A DNA stretch of 64,000 bases from Octopus sinensis (Eukaryota). The notes under the pieces were generated by a model. The model saw nothing but the letters and a program-made list of their open reading frames with translations, searched no databases and had not been told where the DNA came from. Positions 27,020 to 40,243 of the stretch are shown here, one piece after another (position 1 is the stretch's first letter; every line of letters starts with the position of its first letter). Both the position numbers and the translations under genes were made by a program. Location of the stretch: assembly GCF_006345805.1 (NCBI RefSeq), contig NC_043005.1:46996001-47060000 (forward strand), written 5' to 3'.

Positions 27020-27635
27020 AATCCTTCTATAGGCATACGGCCTGAAAGCTGGTGGGAGGAAGGCACAAGTCGATTATATCGACCCCAGTCTTTCACTGGT
27101 ACTTAATTTATTTATCTAGAAAGGATGAAAGGCAAAGTCGACGTCAGCGGAATTTGAACTCGGAACGTAACGAAGGGTGAAATGTCGCTAAGCATTTTGC
27201 CAGGCGTGCTAACGATGCTGCCAGCTCACCGCCTTAGTCGCAATAATAACGGCTTCAAATTTTTCCACAAGGGCAGCATTTATGGGGGAGGAAGCGAGTC
27301 GATTACATCGACCCCAGTGTTCAACTGGTACTTATTTTATCGACCCCCGAGAGGATAAACGGCAAAGCGACCTCAGCGGAATTTGAAAGACGGACGAAAT
27401 AATACTTATTTCTTTACTATCCACAAGGGGCTAAACACAGAGAGGACAAACAAGGACAGACAAACGGATGAAGTCGGTTATATCGACACCAGTGCGTAAC
27501 TGGTACTTATTTAATCGACCCCGAAAGGATGAAAGGCAAACTCGACCTCGGCGGAATTTGAACTCAGAATGTAACGGCTGACGAAATACCGCTAAGCATT
27601 TCGTCCAGCGTGGTAACGTTTCTGCCAACTCACCA
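27020..27635 (-). mobile_element. Three SINE family A copies with three different tails
   Basis: Copies at about 27020-27236, 27245-27400 and 27405-27635. Confidence 0.85.
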
Positions 27636-29149
27636 CAATAATAATAATAATGAATGATTGAAGTATTCTTCTATATTTCGTTTATTAATTAAGGCACATG
27701 AGTTGACACAGACAACGATGAATCGACTTAAAGCTCTGATGCAACTTTGCACGCCACTGATTTTACTGAAAAATAATGTTTTCTATAACATGATGTTTTA
27801 CATTCATTGACGAAAATGAGAATGAAGGAAATGGTGATAAACGATACACGGTAAGATATGTTGATGACGGAAGAAATCCAAATAATTCTAAGATCTCACA
27901 GATCTGTTAAAATAAAAACCAGTAAGTTACAAGAAGCTATTCAATCCAACCACCATAGTAAATAGGTGTTCGTAGAAAAATATCATAGATAAAACAACAA
28001 ATCCCTTGTTGCTTAGAAAGAAATCGATATTGATTTTCTAGTATAGATTTTCATATGGTAAAAGCTATTTTAGTTTATTGCAAACAGGAGGCCCCTCCGA
28101 CTATTGTATGAACATACCAATGCGTTTAATGGAACAGTAACAAAATATATGACAGGTTGAATAATACGAAGTCTAATGTTGATTAAAGAGAATGGCAAGT
28201 TAAACGATTAAAAAGGACTTGTGACGGCGGGGTTTGAAAATTGGAGAAAAGCTGATGCTTGCATTCTTACAACTGAAGAAAACCACACCTGATCAAAAAT
28301 AAATAAATAAATAAAGTAAAACAGCGCCAGAGCAACAATGCGGAACAAGTGTCTTCAAACGCAATTGCTACCGCGTCGGATTCTTTAGCAACAATAGACG
28401 ATGCTTTGCCAGACGAATGAAGCAAGACTTTCCCAGTGCAGATTATATTGGCCGCAAGACTAACGGAAGGCACACAGATGGAGATAAGGACGACGACGAT
28501 GATCTTGATGATGATGGTGGTGGTGGTGGTAGTGGTGGTGTTCGAAGAGGAATAATATAAATTTGGTGAAAAGAAAGAGGAAAAATAATGGCAATGACAA
28601 TAACATTGATTGTTAAAAACAACAGATGGTAAAAGATGCGATGCAGGATATTGAAATTATAGGGCCATCAGTGCAGCTACTGTAGACTGCTGCTGCTATC
28701 GTCGTAGTCTTCGTTGTTGTCCTAGTTGATTAACTACACGCTAACTCTGACTGAGCAAATTTATGATAACAAGCGGTGAATTGGCGGGTTAGTAGAACAA
28801 AATTTATTCTAGGTCCCTGCATTCTGGGCTCAAATCTCTCCAAAATCACCTTTATCTTTCATCCTTTCAGGGCCGACGAAATAAGCACAATTCCAGGTCG
28901 GTGGATTGTAAGAATTATTGAAGTGTCACTCAATATACCTTCTGACGCTTTACCTTTCTGAGTTTTGGGGCAGTAGGTTTAATCTGTTACACGAACGACC
29001 ACATTTCCAGTTTTAAAATAAATGCCTTTTTGCCCCCGACCCAAAACAAACGCGCTGAAAGGGTCAAGGGCAGTGCACTTAGCATCTTAACGAAATAGTA
29101 AAAATAAAACAGAAATCGTCTTTTTGCGGGGGTATTTCTAATTTTTATT

Positions 29150-29600
29150 TTTTCTTTGTTTCAGACATCGGACGGCGGCTAAGCTGGGGCACCGCATCGA
29201 AAGGTTTTAGTCGAATGAATTGAACCTTGTAATTTTTTTAATGCCTGGTACTTATTTTATTACACCCTGATGCAGAACTGCTGTTACGGGAACGTACACA
29301 AACCAACACTAGCTATCATACACAAAGGCACATACATATACATACATATATATAGAGATGCATACATACACGTACATGTATATAAAGACATTTATGTTTA
29401 TATGTATAGTCGTGCGTGTGTGTGTAGATAGATTAGATAGACGACCGATGTCTTTCATCTTCCGTCTACCAAATCTATTCACAAAGCATCAGTCGCTCTT
29501 ATGTTTTTAATAGAAAATACGTGCCCAAGGTGCTCCGCAGTGAGACTGAATCTGGAATCATGTGCTTGGGAAACAAACGTCTTACTACACAACGATGCTT
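29150..29600 (-). mobile_element. SINE family B
   Basis: Reverse-complement core (GTGCCCAAGG) and internal microsatellite. Confidence 0.75.
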
Positions 29601-29662
29601 GCACTTAGTAAACAACCACTGCGGATAGGATTCAAACCCGTGTAGGTATAACCCATTGGATT

Positions 29663-29870
29663 TGAGCTGGCCGAAACGTTAGCACGCCGGGCGAAATGCG
29701 TAGCCGTACTTCGTCTGCCGTTAGGTTCTGAGTTCAAATTCCGCCGAGGTCGACTTTGCCTTTCATCCTTTCGGGGATGATTAAATAAGTACCAATTACG
29801 CACTTAATCCGTTTGTTTGTCCTTGTTTGTCCTCTCTGTGTTTAGCCCCTTGTGGGTAGTAAAGAAATAG
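29663..29870 (+). mobile_element. SINE family A
   Basis: Near-consensus head, GCCTTTCATCCTTTCGGGG block, TAAAGAAATA tail. Confidence 0.88.
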
Positions 29871-31483
29871 GGTTTCAAGTTCAACGACTCAATCAGTCGG
29901 CCACTCGAAATAAGTTATCTAATGCGAATAGAGACAATAGTATGTGGATTTGAGACAAATTTGGCGAGTATATCTAGCAGATCCAATAACCAAGTAGAGG
30001 CTCTGTTAATGGCTTTTATTGCAGCCGCTGCTGCTGCTGCCGCTGTCATTCCTTACTTAACTTTGTTACCGTTTCCGTCTTGTTTATTGCTACCTGTGTT
30101 TATGTTACTGTTGTTACGATTACTGCTACTGTTACCATAGAATCATTGAATCAACTGCATTACTGTTGATGCTAGTGCAGCTTCTAACATTGCTTTTGCT
30201 ACTATTGTGACAGTTGTTAATGATACTACTGCTGCCAGTGATGACGATAATGATGATTGTGGTTGTGGAAACGCTGGTGGGGATACTGATAAAGATTGCT
30301 GAGGCTGCTTCAGTAGTAGAGGTGGTGGTGGTGGGTGGCATTATTTGTGGTGGTAAAATGCTCATAAATATAACTGGTGAATATTGAGCCGTTCAGCGAT
30401 ATAAGCTTGGAAAAGTGAATTAGTCCTAAACATAACTAGGGAAGACCGAATTGGTCATAAATTGTCTTGATTTCAATCGACTTTTGAGAATGGTGTTAGA
30501 GACTTGGCAGTTGAAAACACAGCCAAGCAGAATAACAATGCTGGTTCTCTTGTCCAAGAGGAAAGAAAATAAACTCTTGAAAAAATAATTAAACCCAAGT
30601 CGAAGAGCTAAAGTAAAATGTCTGACTAGTAGCTGTGATGTCAGTGTTGCTAATATATGAGACAGCTTCTTAGCCACATACACAAAACATAAATAAATGA
30701 ATAGAAAGAAACTCAGGAGGTGTTAGTTGTGCTGGAATTGTTGGTGGTAATGCTAATGGTGAGGGTGATTGGGAAGGAAATGGATAAACAAAGCTAAAAT
30801 TAAGGAAGATAAAACTTAGGGCAGGAAAGCTATCTCTGTAAAAACAGATAGGCAAAAGGAAAATGACTCGTAAAGCTGTCATCGAGCTAAAGAGCTGTCA
30901 TGGCAGAGAAACTGTCACCGATGATGAATAATTTTCCGTGTTGGCCTTAGTGGCCAGTTCTTAGCCTCTGAACTTAATCTATATGACAATCCCTCCCCAT
31001 TTAGCTATCTTTCCATTCGTTAAGCTGCCAAGGCCTTCATTAAGTTGTCCAACCTAATCAATCTTAATTTGCTCTCAGTCTTATTTTGGTTAATTACTGA
31101 ATCGTACGTACATTGGATTGAAAACTGGTCAGTCGTAATTCTTGGAACTTGTTACTTCCCTTCTTTTTTTTTTTTTTTTTTTCACTATTTGCGGTTTTTC
31201 TTTATATCTCTTAAAACTCGCTTCTATGTTTAGCTATCAATACATAAAACACATCTAGTGGCTATAAAACCTGAAAACTGCAAAGAAAAGCGGAAGATGC
31301 TATTTATTTACTCTACTGAAAAGAAAGGTTATGTTTTCTGTCCGTTTACTTTCTAAATTTATTGCCTGATCTCTATCGTATTTTTTAAGATGTAAGTCTC
31401 ATCCTTTGCCACGCGCTATGAGCCAGTCCACTTTGAAGTCAGTAAGATCCCCAGATATTCTTACTGGATTTATAATAAACACG

Positions 31484-31533
<50 letters not shown>

Positions 31534-31941
31534 CTCCGATTATATTCAAGGCTATATAAATACACCGGGTTGTCCAGTCTTATTGTGATACTTTTGGAGA
31601 CATATCTTTTGTGATTTTGCAATCAAAATGAATACATTAATTGGTGTAGATTAATTAATTTTTTTTAAGTATCACAATCAGTGATTGAGAGGAGATAGAT
31701 ATTATTTCTGGGTTCCTTCAGTTAACGAAAGTCTTCACTCTCGGGCAATTTATTCAGCTTCTTCCGTGTTCGTTACTATTTCAAAGGATAATCCCCCCAA
31801 AATACATCTTATGTATTAAAAGAAATACATTTTATGGAAGTTGTGAAATACTTGACACGTGTTTTTGTTGGAAAGGGGTGTTGCCATACGCGGTGGTTTC
31901 GGGCAGAGGTAGAATGTCGGACACAATAAGTTTCAATAGTT

Positions 31942-32258
31942 AAGGCGATTGGATTTTTAGGGCATTCGGGTCACGATCGTAAGGTCATGAGTTCGATTCC
32001 TGACGACGCGTGGTGTCCTTGAGCAAAACACTTTTTTTCACGTTGCTTTAGTCCATTCAGCTAGCAGAAAATGAGTTGTACCTGTATTTCAAAAGGCCAT
32101 CCTTGTGAAACTTTGTGTCACCATGAATCTCACTGTGAATTATTTTAAAGGTATGCGTGTCTGTGGAGTGCTCAGCCACTTGCATGTTAATTTCACGAGC
32201 AGGCTGTTGTGTTTATCGGATCAACTGGAACCCTCGTCGTCGTAACCGATGGAGTACT
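31942..32258 (+). mobile_element. SINE family D
   Basis: Colinear with 1894-2209; GAGTTCGATTCC B box. Confidence 0.82.
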
Positions 32259-33955
32259 AGTTAAAATTTCGATATATCTTCTTCCAGTTGTTTATTTTCT
32301 GAGCTCAAATGCTACAGATGTCAATTGTGCTTTCACTTTGGAAGTTGATCCATGTCTTTTTAAAAAAATATTTTTAAGGTCATCACTGATGACGAAAGCT
32401 GGTGTTATGGAATTTGCAGGTGTAGAAGAGGTGAATTAAAAATCGACGGAGACGTTAAAATGCATCAATTCGCAAGAGTTCCAGTATCCTGGACCGATGC
32501 ATTGCTGCAAAAGGAGGATAATCTGAAGGCGATAAAAGTGTAAATATGTAAAAGTAAGTGAATAAAATAATATTGCAAAATTCCGGTTTCTTTTGAGTAC
32601 CCCTCGGAAACAAAAGCCAGCTGGTTGGTTAGATTGAAAGGTCCGGGGTTGCTGAAGTGACACACGTTGAAACACAAGTATTCCAGAAACCGCTTTGACA
32701 TTGAGTCGAGTGTGTCGAACACACCATTGTCATAACAAAGAGAAGTTTTTCTCCTTTGACGTACGCTACAGTGACATGTATATTTTGCTTAAGAACTTGC
32801 CAAGACGTATTAAAAATAAATAAGCAAATATTCATCTCAGATCGCGCTGTACCACGGTACAAATAGCGTTTTTATACATGTATTTCCTTAACAAAAACAT
32901 AAATTACATGCTTACACAAAGGTATGAAACAAGCCTCATTTTTAATTTGAATACTTAGACAAGGTATCTTTTGCACCATTTCACAGAAAAGCGGTCTACC
33001 TTTAAGGGAACAAGTAATACATTTGACATACAGTTTATCCCTATTATTTTGATTATTCATTATGTTATTACAATTATATCGTGATGCCTTTTAATTTTAC
33101 ACTGTTGAAATAATTTTTTTAGTTTTTTTTTTCTCATTCTAATTAGGCTTAAATCCTAATTAGTTTTTCGGCTTTCTTTTTTACGAACTATCCTAAAATA
33201 TAAATCCACTTTCAATTCATTTCTGCTTTTTTCTTAATACATCGAACTTAGACATCTACCCCTATTTTTAGAATACAGACAAATGTGCATGCACACACAC
33301 ATGCACACTTACACAGGCATACCGCATGGACATATATAACGAGTATTTGTTATTTCCTCTGTAAAGCTGCAAGTTGAAACTTTAGCTCTTGAGAAGCAGT
33401 ATATTCACTTATAATAAATACGTTGGTCTCCACTACATCCAAAATAACAAAGATTTGCGCTCCTTATGCTGATACGTTTTCGATTAAATACTTGCAGTGA
33501 CCTACTCATATATGTATGTATGTATGTCTCTAAGTCTATGTATATAAATGCACAAGGAAATTTATAGCAGATTTTCCCTTGCTCTTACGACTAACGCCGG
33601 CTTCCTTTTATTTTTCTATTTATAATAATTTTATCGTTTTGTTTCACTCAATGCATTACCTTTTTATCTTTTTGCTCATTACATGCATTAATTTACTGGC
33701 ATTACTGTTACACTTTACAGTTTAATCTTCTTTGGTTACAAGATTCTCTTTGAATTACCCTGATCTTTTCATATCTTGCCAAAGTAATTCGAGAAATTTT
33801 AAATTTTATTTTGAATTTACTATTTTACGCCCTCAAACCCGTCCCTTCTGTTCCTTTCCATTTTCATCTTTTTAATAGTTGCACTTTGTCTCTATCTTCC
33901 ACTTAGTGTTTTACTAATTTTGTAAGCTGTTTCACCGTTGTTACTTCTTATAGAT

Positions 33956-34522
33956 CAGTGTTTCCCAACCATTTTTTTTTACCTATGGACCTCTTTTGTT
34001 TCTGTTCTATTCTGGGGGACCTCCATAATAATTCGATGTTTAAAAAACTAGTTTTATACACACTTCTTTCAAAATTCCAATTTTGTTTTTCACATACTAA
34101 CTTGCGTAGGTTTAACTATGTATAACATTAGAGAAAGAAACCTAGCTGTTTCTTGCAATAAATACACATGGAGCAAAATGTTTTCATGGACCCTTAAAAT
34201 ACTACTGTGGATAACACCCACCACCCAATCTATTATTTTGCTTATGTAAGGCGGCGAGCAGGTAGAATCGTTAGCACGCCAGGCAAAATGCTTAGCAGTA
34301 TTTCGCCCGTCTTTACGTTCCGAGTTCAAAGTCCGCCAAGGTCGACTTCGCTTTTCATCATTTCGGATGTACCAGCTGCGTACTGGGGTCGATCTAATCG
34401 ACAAGCCCCTCCCCGAAAAAAATTTCAGGTCTTTTATAGAAAGGATTGACTTACTTGTGTGGATCGCTGAAAATATCAAGTGGACCCCCTGGGGCCATAT
34501 AGATCCCGGTTGAGAACCACCG
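33956..34522. mobile_element. hAT (Charlie-like) MITE with nested SINE A
   Basis: TIRs CAGTGTTTCCCAACC / GGTTGAGAACCACCG; 8-bp TSD TTATAGAT / TTCTAGAT; SINE A at about 34250-34446. Confidence 0.85.
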
Positions 34523-34719
34523 TTCTAGATCTTTATACGCATAATATATTCATCGTCTTCTTATCTATTTGCCCATTTTATTATTTGTATTCCTTTACTC
34601 CATCTAAAACCTCTCGAGGTGTTTCTATTTACAGATTACCGCTTCAGTTACTTGTCACGCGACCATATTCGTTTACTTTTTCTTTTATTATTTGAGTTTA
34701 GTTTAATTACTACACTAAT

Positions 34720-34935
34720 TATCCTGTCTACTAAAGGCACAAGGCCTGAAATTTATGGGGAAGGGACAAGTCGATTACATCGATCCCAGTGTTTCACTGG
34801 TACTTAATTTATCGACTCTGAAAGGATGAAAGACAAATTCGACCGCGGCGGAATTTGAACTCAGACCGTGCTGACGGACGAAAAGCCGCTAAACATTTTG
34901 CCCGGCGCGCTAACGATTCTGCCAGCTCGCCTCCC
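34720..34935 (-). mobile_element. SINE family A
   Basis: Full reverse-complement copy ending CTGCCAGCTCGCC. Confidence 0.85.
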
Positions 34936-34990
34936 TATTTAGTAATTAATTATACTATTCTTATTTTAAGCTTTCTGTACTCTAACCTAT

Positions 34991-35291
34991 GAAGGCGCAT
35001 GGCTCAGTGGTTAGAGCGTCGAGCTTACGATCGTGAGGTTGTGAGTTCTTGAGCAGACAGTTTATTTCACGCTGCTTCAGTTCACTCAGCTGTAGAAATG
35101 AGTTGCGACGTCACAGGTGCCAAGCTGTATCGGCCTTTGCTTTTCCATTGGATAACATCGGTGGCGTGAAGAGGGGAGGCTGGTATGCATGGGCGACTAC
35201 TGGTCTTCCATAAGCAACCTTGCCCGGACTTGTTCCTCGGAGGGTAACTTTCCATGTACAATCCCATGGTCATTCATGACCAAAGGGGGTC
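34991..35291 (+). mobile_element. SINE family C (tRNA head, CORE-like centre, distinct 3' half)
   Basis: GGCGCATGGCTCAGTGGTTAGAGCG head; 3' half matches the reverse complement of 49971-50223. Confidence 0.85.
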
Positions 35292-35354
35292 CCGACCTCT
35301 AGCCTGTCTCGTATCCAAACGTTTTGACCTTTGTCACATTGCTTAATCTTTTAT

Positions 35355-36380
35355 CTTTTTTGTCGTTTCAGTCATTGGATTGCGGCCATGCTAGGGCACT
35401 ATCTTGAAGAGTTCAATCGAAAAAGCAAATGACCCAGTACTTATTGTTAAGTTTTGTATTCTTCTAATTTCCTCTACTGAATCGCTAAGTTACAGGGAAG
35501 TAAGCAAACCAATATTAGGTGCAAAAATGATGTGTGTATGAGAGAAACAGAAACACAAAGACGCACACACATGTATATACACATATACGACGGGCTTCTA
35601 CGCATTTTCCATCTACCACATTCACTCACAAGGCATTGTCTGACGCAGAGTTATAGTAAAAGAAACTTGTCCAAGGTACTATGATGTGGGACTGAATCCA
35701 AAACCACATGGTTGCAAAGCGAACTTCATAGCCATTCAGCCATCTTTGTATAGGTTTCTTTTCTGATAACGTTCTCTTAATGTGACCCAACCAAACACCA
35801 AACAGTCATTTTCCCTTTTTCTTTTTCTTTCGTATTTTTATTTATTTTGGTATTTGGCAATTTCTCTTTAAACATATCTACTTACGTTAAAGTGCAATCA
35901 AATAGCAACCATATATTGCGTGGTAACTTTCATTGAATACTGCTATAAATGTTTTATAGGTCCGAAATGTAAATCAATACAATAAATTGTTCTAGCAATC
36001 TAAGAACCATTATGCTTGCAAGATGTTCTTTCTACGGGATATTTCTCATCTGTTTTGAGACATACTTTACATCATCTATGTCTCTACACTTTGTGGGTTT
36101 TCATCCCTTTGTGAAGCTGTTAAGTTACGGGGGATGTAAACATAACAACACCGGTCGTTAAGCAGTGGTGAGAGACAAGCAAAACACACGCACGCACACA
36201 CGCACACACATAAATGACAGGTTTCTTTCAGTTTCCGTCTACCAAATCTAACCGCAAGGTCTTGGTCGGTTCGAGGCTATAGTAGAAGACATCTGCCCAA
36301 CATGCCACACAGTGGGACTGAACTCGGAATCATATGGTCGGAAAGGGAACTTCTTATGACACAACCACTCCTGCACCTAT
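35355..36380 (-). mobile_element. Two SINE family B copies (35355-35745 and 36110-36380)
   Basis: Reverse-complement head (GTGGGACTGAA) and TTCCGTCTACCAAAT-type blocks. Confidence 0.75.
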
Positions 36381-36699
36381 TTATATTTCTTTTTTATGTA
36401 TGTGTGTGTGTGCTTACGTATTTCTATGAGCGTAGATGTATGTATCTATATTAATGTATGCGTACGGGTTTGTACAAGTGTGAGTATGTATAGATTTGTA
36501 CATATATGTGTATGAATGATTATCCGGATACGTATTTGTATATGTGTAGATTATTTTCAACTCTAGGCACAAGACCCGGAATTTTTGGGAAGGGCCAGTC
36601 GATTAGACTTCGTCAGCCTTTTATTTTGCTATATATTTCTTCGCCTTCCTTCTTGACTATTTGTTGGTTAAAGGGGCACACAACATCAGTTATAGGGTA

Positions 36700-36738
<39 letters not shown>

Positions 36739-36945
36739 GGCAGCGAGCTGGCAGAATCGTTAGCTGGACGAAATGCTTAGCGGTATTTCGCCCGTCGCTA
36801 CGTTCTGAGTTCAAATTCTACCGGGGTCGACTTTGCCTTTCATCCTTTCGGGGTCGATAAATTAAGTACTAGTTACGCACTAGGATCGATATAATCGACT
36901 TAATCCCTTCCCCCAAATTTGAAGCCTTGAGCTTCCAGTAGAAAT
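36739..36945 (+). mobile_element. SINE family A within (ATT)n
   Basis: Near-consensus body flanked by TAT repeats. Confidence 0.85.
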
Positions 36946-36984
36946 TATTATTATTATTATTATCATTATTATCATCATTATTAA

Positions 36985-38346
36985 TATTTCAATTTTGTTT
37001 CCATTTCTTGCTGAGTGTCTTCCCGATACCTAGGACAATGAAACTCACTGTATACATTGGTAGGTCTTAACAATAAACACACTAGATTGTCCGTTTACAA
37101 AGTCAAGTTAAGTGATAGAAAAAAAGAGGGAAAAAGGAAAGAAGAAAAAATATTGAGAAAAATGGAAAAAAGAAGATAAAAGGGCAAAAAGTTAAGAAAA
37201 TTCACAACGATAATGCTCTTCTGAATACGTGTGATGTGCCAGATAAAACAATCTTCTGCGCTTCTTACATGGATGGTAAGCTAAGTATCATTCTCAAGTA
37301 ATTTTCAGTTGCTTTTTTGATCATTCCAAGTGCTCCTACAATCACTGGTATTGTAAACTTCATGAGATACTACATGTTTTTTCGATTTCAATCAGAAAAT
37401 CTTAATATTTTCTGTGCCTTATTAATTTCTTTTGCCGTGATATTATAATCACAAGGTATGGTCATGTCAATCAATAAACAGATTTTATTGTTTTGGTCTT
37501 TCACAATAATATCTGGTTTATTAGCTTTGATTGTTTGGTATGTATGTACTGGAAAGTACCAAAGAATCGTTACATTTTCTCACTCAGTTACAGCCACAGG
37601 GCGTTACTTATACCTTTTGTCAGCAGTTTTGATGCCGATATATGAAACAGTGCAGATATTGACAAACTCTCGTCATGTATACTCTACAAGTGCTAAAACC
37701 TTACACCCAGAGATTAGATGGTCTACTGTTTCAGTCCCATCGTTGCAGCATCGGCACGTTGGGCCTACTTCATTTTTCATCACATTGGCCTCGTAATTCA
37801 AGTCAATAAGCTCAGATCTTCAACAGCTAAGATAAAACAATCACTCTCTTATTTTAGCTCTGTTCTCCGTAGCCACTGATGGGTGTGCTTCTGGTCTACA
37901 TCAGTTTGTTTGCCACAGGTCACGTATTTGCAATGCAGAGGTTTTTGTTCCCACCTATCAGTCAATTGTTCGAACGCTTTTTTTCTTTGCTATTGACTTC
38001 AAATTCTTTGCAACAACAGTTGCCGCACTTCCATCATGCTGTTCAACTTGGGTATTATGCATGAATTCATAAGCAAACTGTTTGCCCTCTTTCGTGACAA
38101 AATGAAGCTTCTTAAGTCTCTCGTGGTTTTCAACGAGTTTAGCATCCAGTCGTTGGATGTTTCAAGATATTTAGCCAGTCCCATTATGGTGGGTTTGTAA
38201 GAGATTTCAAACAGAATCAAACCTTAACCTCCTTGGGCTCTGGGAAGGTAAAGACGATCTGCGTCTGCCTTTGGGTGGTGCATGTTATAGCAAGTCAGAA
38301 GCTTATGTATTTTCCTGTCAATTTTCTTTATTTCGCTGTTATTCCA
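36985..38346 (-). mobile_element. 5'-truncated R4/Dong-type non-LTR retrotransposon
   Basis: HPKADADRLYLPRAQGG, zinc motif CRCCNDGTETVDHLISGC, endonuclease KPDIIVKDQNNKICLLIDMTIP and IPVIVGALGMIKK; TAA-type repeats at both ends. Confidence 0.9.
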
Positions 38347-39168
38347 GTTATTATTATTATTATTGAGTGAGAGAGCAGTTTATGCCTTATTATTATTCGT
38401 CTTTTTCTACATGTTCCCTATTTTCACCCATTCTACTAGTCCGTTCTCGTCACCATACTAACATTCCAATCTTTAGTACTGTCTCATATGTTTAAATTAA
38501 GTTGCATTTTTTTTTGTTTTTCATATTTCGTTTCGTTTTATTTCTATGTAAACCCCAGCACATATTTGTAGCATGTTCCCGAAATGTCTTCTCATCTGTC
38601 CCCTTTCTATCAATAATAAAGATTATTATCATTAAACTGTTATTGTTAATAACGATTCCGTTTCCTCCGATATTATTAGCATTGATTTCCATGTTATTGT
38701 TTGTTGAGATTGCTGAGCAAACTTTAGTTGTTATCCCAACATTTCAGCATTTGTTATTACAAGCGATTTTATGAAGCTTTGTATTTATATTGCCGCTGTC
38801 AGTCGTTTGCTAAAACCCACAGTTCCTTTTAGTGACTAATCACCGTTAGTCGGCGTATTCGTTTTCTGTAATAGTTTGTAACGAAAGTACGTCAACCATA
38901 AATGAACCCTTTATATATTTCACCCTATTTAGGGTCGTTTTTACCACCTACATGCTTTCCTATTTTCCTTACCGCTGAATATTCTTGTCATTACCATCTT
39001 CTCAAAAATGATCTCTTACTGATACTATCTTTCTAAAAAGGTTTCGGTGAGCCAGCAGTCCGTTGATGAAAAATGACCTCAGTATGTTACTGATATGTTC
39101 AAATGCTCAATATCAATCGCCAAGGAATAAAAGCCAAAGTAAACCTCTCCCTCTCTCCCTCCCCCCGC

Positions 39169-39234
<66 letters not shown>

Positions 39235-39484
39235 ATTCTTTAATGGGCACAGCATATACTTATGAGCTATTAATAGTTTCACACAGTGAATATGTGTTTT
39301 AGGCAGGTTCTAATAACACGCCTAGTGTCTCCAAGCAATCTGCGGCCTCTGAGCACATGGCCTATACAAGCTACAGATGAGGACACTAGAACAAGAAAAG
39401 TCACGAGAAATCTCTTTTAGATAAGCATTTCCCAGAAACTCACAAGTACAGAATGACGCTCAGTCACATTATCAGTATATGTAA

Positions 39485-39706
39485 GGCGGCAAGCTGACAG
39501 AAAAGATAGCACGCCGGGCAAAATGCTTAGCAGTTTTTCGTCAGTCTTTACGTTCTGATTTCAAATCCCGCCGAGGTCGACTTTGCCTTTCATCCTTTTG
39601 GGGTCGATAAATTAACTACTAGTTGCGTACTGGGATCGATGTAATCGACTAGCTACCTCCCACAAAAAAATTTCGGGCCTTGTGCCTAGAGTAGAATAGA
39701 ATATCT
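39485..39706 (+). mobile_element. SINE family A with 13-bp TSD
   Basis: TCAGTATATGTAA at 39472-39484 and 39707-39719. Confidence 0.9.
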
Positions 39707-39786
39707 TCAGTATATGTAACTATCAGTAGTTCATATCTATACACTGTGTACATTGAACAATATCTCCCATCGAATGTAATATTTTT

Positions 39787-39828
<42 letters not shown>

Positions 39829-39881
39829 AACATGTATAAATCTGTGTGTATATTATTATTGTTGTTATCTAAGATAGTTAA

Positions 39882-40085
39882 GGTAGCGAGATGACAAAAT
39901 CACGCCGAGAAAGATGCTTAGCGGCATTTCGTCTATCTTTACGTTCTTAGTTCAAATTCCAACGAGGTCGACTTGCATTTTATCATTTCGGTGATTGATA
40001 AAATATGTACCAGTTGAGCGCTAGGATGGATATAATCAACTTTTCACCTTACCTGAAATTTCAGGTCTTGAGCCAAAATTTGAAA
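39882..40085 (+). mobile_element. SINE family A, degenerate
   Basis: GTTCAAATTCCAACGAGGTCGAC and AAAATTTGAAA tail. Confidence 0.7.
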
Positions 40086-40190
40086 TTAACATTTAAAACA
40101 GTTTGGTTCGGCATGGAGTCGAATCAAAATAATATATATAACTCCTATATGTGTTGTGTGTATTTTTTTCGTTTGTCTATTCTTTCGTGC

Positions 40191-40243
<53 letters not shown>

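Noticed and set aside
28270-28287. Possible 18-nt minus-strand microexon reading VWFSSV (homeodomain-like VWF)
   Set aside because: No NRR continuation and no other homeobox exon seen; likely chance
28320-28560. Short Asp/Gly-rich reading frames
   Set aside because: Under 60 codons, low complexity, no homology recognised
29922-30365. Overlapping low-complexity ORFs
   Set aside because: Degenerate (CTG)/(GAT)/(GGT) repeats
31562-31685. Small element with ATTGTGATACTT inverted repeat
   Set aside because: Only 12 bp match and the outer ends do not pair; possible MITE relic but unsupported
32381-32405. CTGATGA-C-GAAA hammerhead-like boxes
   Set aside because: No stem II and G at the cleavage position; explained by a TCATCACTGATGA palindrome
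32436-32862. Cluster of minus-strand ORFs with an acceptor-like site near 32523
   Set aside because: No recognisable protein and no consistent exon chain
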